A stretch of DNA of 63,980 nt, filler included, from Octopus bimaculoides (Eukaryota): NCBI RefSeq assembly GCF_001194135.2. It is 8 parts of 7 records of this genome, joined end to end, with 100 filler letters (N's around TTAATTAATTAA, not from the genome) between each part and the next. Parts side by side here need not be neighbours in the genome. Positions count along the whole stretch, not along the records: positions 61,854 to 63,980 come from NW_026322037.1; 7 more parts are not named here. The stretch is one strand, 5' to 3'. Both the position numbers and the translations under genes were made by a program. Under the pieces are notes generated by a model. It searched no databases. It had not been told where the DNA came from and worked only from the letters and a program-made list of their open reading frames with translations. Shown here piece by piece: positions 63,755-63,980 of this stretch; positions within the stretch are counted from its first letter, which is position 1; the number at the start of each line of letters is the position of its first letter.

Positions 63755-63980
63755 AGATAGATAGATGGATAGGTAGGTAGGTAGGTAGATTAATTGATAG
63801 ATAGATAGATGGATAGGTAGGTAGGTAGTTAGATTAATTGATAGATAGATAGATGGATAGGTAGGTAGGTAGTTAGATTAATTGATAGATAGATAGATGG
63901 ATAGGTAGGTAGGTAGGTAGATTAATTGATAGATAGATAGATGGATAGGTAGGTAGGTAGTTAGATTAATTGATAGATAG
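63755..63980. repeat. Compound minisatellite, ~41-45-bp unit (GATA)3-GATG-(GGTA)n-GATTAATT, about 5 copies
   Basis: Direct inspection. Confidence 0.9.

Overview
AT-rich, microsatellite-dense, intron-rich animal genomic DNA. The SINE, LINE and microsatellite repertoire suggests a cephalopod, probably Octopus (inference). Seven identical 100-bp gaps (44 N + TTAATTAATTAA + 44 N) split the window into eight separately assembled segments, so adjacency across them is not proven. Genic content supported by sequence: (1) a 762-bp first coding exon of a clan-2 cytochrome P450 (44016-44777, +) ending at an intron position matching CYP17A1; (2) an intron-containing Rheb-like GTPase pseudogene (31898-37383, +) with intact splice sites but three in-frame stops; (3) three phase-compatible minus-strand exons (58477-48008) of an unidentified, possibly secreted protein; (4) weaker candidate exons near 6.8-8.6 kb. 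Most other sequence is transposon-derived: an RTE LINE with a hAT/Charlie transposon nested in it (TIRs and TSD visible), further RTE fragments, R4/Dong-clade fragments next to (TAA)n, Penelope-like elements (one with an inverted duplication), a Gypsy integrase plus LTR, mariner copies, MITEs, a Helitron 3' end and many tRNA-derived SINEs. Notable non-coding structures are a near-perfect 237-bp palindrome, a ~230-bp degenerate fold-back and a GC-rich block resembling 18S rRNA V4. I found no CRISPR array or prokaryotic system, and nothing I can call a demonstrably new system. Repeat boundaries are approximate unless TIRs, TSDs or splice sites are quoted.
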